Shown: in pieces, positions 44,901 to 49,210 of the stretch | Numbering within the stretch: position 1 is the first letter of the stretch | How the letters are laid out: each line of letters begins with the position of its first letter | Origin: a virus | Taxonomy: Duplodnaviria; Caudoviricetes | Virus record (IMG/VR): IMGVR_UViG_3300033067_000254 | Coordinates: 1 to 49,210 of that record | Strand: one strand, 5' to 3' | Length of the DNA stretch: 49,210 bases | Notes under the pieces: model-generated | Told to the model about the DNA's origin: nothing | What the model saw: only the letters and a program-made list of their open reading frames with translations | The model's database searches: none | Translations under genes and position numbers: made by a program

Positions 44901-47075
44901 GCTGTAGCTGTGACTGGTGACACGAAAGAAGCTGAAGCGTTTGCTCAGCGTATGCGTAGTCAAAACCCTAACATGCAATACAATGTCCGTGCTGATGATC
45001 GTGCTATGCGTACTAGCTCGGATGACTGGTTTGATATCAATTCGGCTTCAGGTCGTATTGCTCAACGCCATCGTGGTAAGTTGCTGGAAGATGCGTCTGG
45101 TTTGAATTTGTTGGGTGACGGTAGTTACGTTGTTGGTCCTGTCGAGTCAGCCATTGCAGCTGCTCGTAGTATCGCAGGTCGTACTATTAACCGTCCTATG
45201 TTGGAAGGTGCTAAGGCTCGTTTCATGAATCAATATGAACGATTCCTGCCTTCTGATGGGATGGGTGGAAAACGATATCCTAACTCTGTGAGTGAGATTG
45301 GAGCTAAAGGCGAACAGTTTACTAGCGAAATGGCTGATGCTCGTACTACATATGAATACATTCGGTATCTGGAAAACGGATATATTAACGGAATGGATAA
45401 TGTGTATAAGGCCAGTATGAATGCTCTTGCTGATATGCTGGGCAAGAAAGGAATGGCAAAAGCTGAACGCGCTGCTCTGTTGGCTGGTGAAACTTCTCTC
45501 TCTGGTGCAGGCAAAGGCGCTGTGTTCATGGCGTATATCGGTACTAACCCTCTGCGGCAATGGGTTGTTCAAGCTCACCAAGGTATTCGTACTATTGCAT
45601 ACAATCCTACAGGATGGGCTTCTGGTTCGATTACGAAGCTGATGGGTCAGTATGCCGGAGTTAAATCTACTGCTATCTCTAACATGTCAAAAGATGCACA
45701 AGATTTTGCTAAGTTTATTGACGATAGTGGCTTAATGGCTGCCGTGGATAAACAGAACCTGGTACGAGGTACTCTCCTGACAGCTGCGGATTCTAGTAAT
45801 AAACTGGTACGAGCTGCATCAGCAGGTCCTAATGCCTTGCGTCGTATCGGTTTTGACCTCGGTGAAGCAGGTAACAACTTGATTCACGCTGCAGCTGTGT
45901 ATGATCGTTACAAACGACTTGGTAAGGACTTGGCAGATAAAGCAGTTCGTGATGAAGCATACTCCGAGATTCGTGCTCTGAGCTATGACATGAACTTTGC
46001 TGGCGATATGCCATACAACCAGAACAGTGCTGCTATGTTGTTGCAATTCATGCAAGTGCCACACAAAGCCATGCTACAAGCTACTAATCGTCGTCTAGAT
46101 CGTGCTACACGAACTAAACTGGTGGTGGCTGATACGCTGATGTGGGGTGTTCCAGGGGCGGCTGCTATTAGTGCTGTGATGGGTGGAGATATCCTCCCTG
46201 AAGATCCTAAGATGAGAGAAACAATTTTGTACGGTTTGGAAAGTATGATGATGAATCATTACATTCGTGAACTGGCAGGTTCTGATGATATTAACATCGA
46301 CTTCTCTAGCTTGGCTCCTCACGACATGACTGGATGGGGAGAGTTCTTCCACGCTATGTTGACAGGTGGTGCATCTCAAATGATTGCCAACAGTCCTACT
46401 GGTCAATTGTTCTTCAAAGAAGGTGGACGTACTCGTGAAGCTATTGCTTCTGTAGCTCGTTTCTTCGGTATGCAAGAGGATATTGATGAGACTCCACAAG
46501 AAGCATTGGCTGTGATTAACGAAGTCTTGAAGATTTCTTCTGGATGGAATAACGCAGTGAAAGCTTACTTGGCTCTGGAGACCGGTAAGACTTATGACAA
46601 GCATGGACGATTGATTGATTCTAAGACACATCCTGTTGAAGCATATATGCAAGCTTTTGGCTTCCCATCTGCTAATCAGCGTGACTTGTATCAAGCCTCC
46701 CAAACTGCAGCTACTAAGGTTAAAGAGCATAAAGACGAAGTGTTATCTGTGTATAAAGGTGCATTGCGTTACTACCAGACTGAATTGGAACGAGGTAATA
46801 CCGATATCAAGTTCATTACGAAAGTAACTAGCTTTGCTCTGCGTAAGTACAAGGACGATCCTGTTGCTCAAGAGATCATCTATAAGCAACTGTCCTTGGA
46901 CCTGCAAAACAAAGACACACAGCTTATGTCTCAAATCATGAAAGCAATTAACTTGCCTAATGCCACTTCAATGCGTGACAGTATCCGTCAGATGTCTGTA
47001 CCTGAAGAACAGAAACAGTTGTTAATGCAACGCATTGACGATATTGAGAATCTACGTAAACAGAAAGGTAACTAA
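41976..47075 (+). CDS. Large internal virion (ejection) protein, 1699 aa
   Basis: Size, helical composition and position in the late operon. Confidence 0.72.
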   Translation: METLDDLMGTPDEPTDLNIFNPTQEATSNPPMSAIKTRAAGTALLAGDPNKAIENYQLMVAEGETGGDQITKSLQSQAAEQSRKLDMQSMMGVLSDASIPYERKKAVVEAFNKSTLLKEPSVQLMTNALAQGSRGETEDNERARLTAADAIGEIHEVSKTVQGLVNAHTSSLDWKNAKTVADTAALWLAPFGTSVSVAKVTEDQRKAGESIWGTVKSFLAPGSKIKDLQEKLRSLPPSKREEFTTSLLDSISKKSGVIFSSENQFAQMQMAAQVFGEDSYSDVDKWIDNVSVLLDVVGLGAFVRGGKTAAKGTKAVEATQVPTTPKQAAVGPVKPVAEPVAQTTESIFTLRPRKDEEIRGSVASFQQNLITKLEAEKAELLGTASNLAESGTIRALNDEIETLRAQLIPDTKDSVKAVAKDIQTTQGISYKEALKEANKRVADNNASVNSSIGRIEQQVNTNREAATATQRIAAIEKEITQLKSAMMDSPGALTPIADLVRRIEVRSVVTTYNPASPAAIMQQANPEKSRALFEATFKSTDDSVAEGLYGTTKMDAIAGDVFPQAVTESGKVVSKPVDIQRNLRKSLDVPEDIIQAVQSSGGLQYTRGEKAAARSNKVNEFAAAEGLHMIESMGSFKLDGEQFKISAVYGTPEGAFSNAEEAYNQALYALRGQGILPEEIVILKKDGLDHTPVKLEDVKGIEGNYLVRVETTSEIDPTDISNWEMFDVKRNWLDRVPQLNRDGAGSAARILMDAASMLHPTYTGAASAASDRGAGFEKLMLDFASQFSDKFTALRKGEQVKVNEYIREANAKELKLDTVDLMARGFSTEAIDSLKAWRKYWDGHFYLENLDLVRTLNSQGYQRLISPNADLFGKPLGSYQDIGKVYDPTMDTVLTMSNQALKAIYDNGGFVARLRRPTEFGADKAEYVLVRNNADEYMRTIRDTDQVLNYRDGYYQVQYTAPRFVDEIDANGMRRAVAVTGDTKEAEAFAQRMRSQNPNMQYNVRADDRAMRTSSDDWFDINSASGRIAQRHRGKLLEDASGLNLLGDGSYVVGPVESAIAAARSIAGRTINRPMLEGAKARFMNQYERFLPSDGMGGKRYPNSVSEIGAKGEQFTSEMADARTTYEYIRYLENGYINGMDNVYKASMNALADMLGKKGMAKAERAALLAGETSLSGAGKGAVFMAYIGTNPLRQWVVQAHQGIRTIAYNPTGWASGSITKLMGQYAGVKSTAISNMSKDAQDFAKFIDDSGLMAAVDKQNLVRGTLLTAADSSNKLVRAASAGPNALRRIGFDLGEAGNNLIHAAAVYDRYKRLGKDLADKAVRDEAYSEIRALSYDMNFAGDMPYNQNSAAMLLQFMQVPHKAMLQATNRRLDRATRTKLVVADTLMWGVPGAAAISAVMGGDILPEDPKMRETILYGLESMMMNHYIRELAGSDDINIDFSSLAPHDMTGWGEFFHAMLTGGASQMIANSPTGQLFFKEGGRTREAIASVARFFGMQEDIDETPQEALAVINEVLKISSGWNNAVKAYLALETGKTYDKHGRLIDSKTHPVEAYMQAFGFPSANQRDLYQASQTAATKVKEHKDEVLSVYKGALRYYQTELERGNTDIKFITKVTSFALRKYKDDPVAQEIIYKQLSLDLQNKDTQLMSQIMKAINLPNATSMRDSIRQMSVPEEQKQLLMQRIDDIENLRKQKGN

Positions 47076-47078
47076 TAT

Positions 47079-48905
47079 ATGGCCGATTTCGGCGTAAATG
47101 CTACGCAGCTCTCGGCCCCGCAAGGGGCTGGGGCTAATGTTGTAGCTCCTGTAGAAGAAAAAGCTGTTAGCACAAGCATGATTAGCACACTTGCCAGTGT
47201 AGGTGATGTAATCACTACAGGTATCAAGAGTGCTATTAAGGCAAGTGCTGAACAGACGAAAGAAGCTGTATTGAGCAAGTTTGTGAACGAGCAAGCAGAT
47301 ATTAACAAAGCTCTTGCCTCTGGTGGTGTATCTCCACAGGAAGCTTCTGCTCGTTCTCGTGCTTTGTTTACCAAGTATTCTGGTAACTATTCTCAATATA
47401 TTGAAGATTTTGGTAAAGCCGCTACTGCACTGAAGGGATTCAGTGAGCTTGGTACGGCAGAGAAAGCTGTTGAGACAGCTGCTGATTTGCGTAAGAGTTC
47501 CATCACTGCTGCTCAAGCCGCTGGATATCAATTCTTTCCAGGTATGAGTACGACTGCAGAAGATGCTCAACTACGTGCTTATTCGATTAGTCAACGTGCT
47601 CGTCTTGAGTTTGATGATCAAGCTAAGCGTAATGCAGAACGACGGGCTCAGGGAACTTATGATCGTGGTGTTGCAGAGCAAGAAGCTAAGCAAACAGGTG
47701 TACGTATTATCAATGACATTGCAGGTTCTCAGCTTTCTGCAGTTCGTGAGTTTGGTGTCTCACTCGGAGAAGCTGTACGATCTAATCGTATCACTCCTGA
47801 GGATGCACAAGCACGATTGCTAGATCGTTTTAGTACCATCAATTTGGCATTGCAATCGGCTGCTGGTGTCAATCCTGAACTGGCTGCTCCATATCGCAGT
47901 ATCTTTGCAGATGTACAGAAACTCTCTGAGCAATTCATTGATCCTAAAGCTAATCTGGCTAACCTGACAGCACAAGTGGATACGCTTGTTAATCGACAGA
48001 AGCTTCTGGCACTTCAAGATCCGTTGGCAGCCAAAACTGTTGCAGTGTCTCAGTTGTTTGGTAATAACGCTCAGGTGTTGCTTAGTGCTTCCCCTGCTGT
48101 TGCTCAGACAATCACTAAGATGTTTGCTAATGACCCTGACAGTGGAGCACATGTACCTGCTGTTGTTGGTAACCCAGAGGTTGAGAAAGATGCTTTCAAG
48201 TTCTTGAAATCTAGCATGACTTCTTTGGCTAATGGTCAGTACGAAGACAACATCAAAGCCAAAGATGAGATGGAACGATCTGTACGTCATGTCCTGAAAC
48301 AAACAGCTGATATGATTGGTCGCGGAGCTAGTGCTAAGACATTGCAGGAAGCTGCTTCGTTCTTTGCATCTCCTGAGTACGGTAAGTGGGCTAGTGAGAA
48401 TAAGATTGATCCTCAAGAGCAATTAGCTGCTTATCGAGCTTTCCAGCTATCATACGAGCCAACAGTGATTAAGGGTGTGGAGAAGAAGCTCAATGAAGCT
48501 TTTGTTCGCAATACTGGATTGGTACCTGCACGGGCAGCAACTGGTGGTGAACTGAAGCCTAAGATGGACACATTGACGAAGGAGAATTTCTCTGTTACGT
48601 TCAATGGTTCAGGCATCATGTTTAACATGAAGCAACAGCCTATTGACCCCCTTGAAGCTCGTTATGCTAACGAAGCTATTAAGGCCATGAAGACTTCGCA
48701 AGATGCTGTCAATCAACTAATTCGTATCGGTGCTCATATGGAAGGTACAACAAACTATGCCAAGTTCTGGGAAGAAAACAAGCACATCTATCTCCCCTCG
48801 TTCTTCTCTAAGTATCAAGGCTTGGAGATTGGTCAAGTGGTTGACGGTATGCGCTATAATGGCGGTGATGCTAAGGATGCCAATTCGTGGAGTAAGGTGA
48901 AATAA
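47079..48905 (+). CDS. Internal virion (ejection) protein, 608 aa
   Basis: Ala/Gln-rich helical protein; C-terminal VVDGMRYNGGDAKDANSW motif. Confidence 0.68.
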   Translation: MADFGVNATQLSAPQGAGANVVAPVEEKAVSTSMISTLASVGDVITTGIKSAIKASAEQTKEAVLSKFVNEQADINKALASGGVSPQEASARSRALFTKYSGNYSQYIEDFGKAATALKGFSELGTAEKAVETAADLRKSSITAAQAAGYQFFPGMSTTAEDAQLRAYSISQRARLEFDDQAKRNAERRAQGTYDRGVAEQEAKQTGVRIINDIAGSQLSAVREFGVSLGEAVRSNRITPEDAQARLLDRFSTINLALQSAAGVNPELAAPYRSIFADVQKLSEQFIDPKANLANLTAQVDTLVNRQKLLALQDPLAAKTVAVSQLFGNNAQVLLSASPAVAQTITKMFANDPDSGAHVPAVVGNPEVEKDAFKFLKSSMTSLANGQYEDNIKAKDEMERSVRHVLKQTADMIGRGASAKTLQEAASFFASPEYGKWASENKIDPQEQLAAYRAFQLSYEPTVIKGVEKKLNEAFVRNTGLVPARAATGGELKPKMDTLTKENFSVTFNGSGIMFNMKQQPIDPLEARYANEAIKAMKTSQDAVNQLIRIGAHMEGTTNYAKFWEENKHIYLPSFFSKYQGLEIGQVVDGMRYNGGDAKDANSWSKVK

Positions 48906-49210
48906 TGGCTGAAGAGGTTAAACCAGCTGATGCTCCTAAGCAAATGCCTTGGGAGATGGAGTGGATGGATAAGCCTAAACAAGCAGTGATGGAAGTCGTC
49001 ACTGCTGTTAAAGAGGCTGTAGGAAGCGTTAAAATGCCCTGGGAGCGCGATTGGACAGAGAAGCCAAGGGCTACTACGTCTGAAGCTCCTAAGGCCCCTG
49101 TAGAGGCTCCTAAGGCCTTTGATATGAAGAGTTATACCAGCAAGCTTATCCAAGCAGAAAGTGGTGAAGGTGCTACAGCAAAAGCCAAAACGAATGCAGC
49201 TCTTTATCTT
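48905..49210 (+). CDS. N-terminal part of the lytic transglycosylase gene (continues into 1..495)
   Basis: TAATG overlap with the upstream stop; MAEEVKPADAPKQMPWE... stays open to the window end and is in frame with base 1. Confidence 0.85.
   Translation, partial: MAEEVKPADAPKQMPWEMEWMDKPKQAVMEVVTAVKEAVGSVKMPWERDWTEKPRATTSEAPKAPVEAPKAFDMKSYTSKLIQAESGEGATAKAKTNAALYL
49091..49210. repeat. Terminal overlap, right copy
   Basis: Matches bases 1-120 at 113/120. Confidence 0.95.

Noticed and set aside
41976-47075. Virion RNA polymerase (N4-like) in the 1699-aa ORF
   Set aside because: About half the size of N4 vRNAP with no recognisable polymerase motifs; sigma70-like early promoters and a phage sigma factor point to host RNAP use.
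49091-49210. Diversity-generating retroelement TR/VR pair
   Set aside because: No reverse transcriptase gene; not all mismatches involve adenine; differences are confined to the contig end.

Overview
The window looks like an essentially complete, circularly assembled lytic podovirus genome of about 49.09 kb. Bases 49091-49210 repeat bases 1-120 with 7 mismatches. No integrase or repressor was seen. There are two opposed gene arms. The minus-strand early/middle arm (22650 down to 1514) carries small early ORFs, a phiEco32/LUZ24-type peptide-ligase cluster (class I and class II glutamine amidotransferases, two COOH-NH2 ligases/amidoligases, an ATP-grasp enzyme), primase-helicase, an ECF-like sigma factor, family A DNA polymerase, SSB, exonuclease, ThyX, nucleotide pyrophosphatases and class II RNR. 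The plus-strand late arm (24140 through the junction to 1455) carries tail fibre, lysis genes, terminase, portal, tRNA-Asn, scaffold, capsid, tail and ejection proteins, a lytic transglycosylase split by the assembly junction, an HNH protein and PhoH. The arms converge on a bidirectional terminator near 1460-1510. They diverge from a repeat-rich non-coding region (about 22660-24139) that probably contains the physical genome ends. The layout recalls LUZ24/PaP3- and phiEco32-like phages; this is inferred from gene content, no search was run. The most notable points are: the uncharacterised amide/peptide-ligase operon with an embedded Pro-rich micro-ORF; a PolA with paired substitutions at the steric-gate Glu (to Gln) and the motif B Tyr (to Phe); two conserved genes that appear to start at ATT and ATA; a duplicated promoter-like motif plus hairpin, one copy pointing antisense to the early genes; and a stand-alone NAD-ligase Ia-like domain. 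All product calls rest on motifs recognised by eye.
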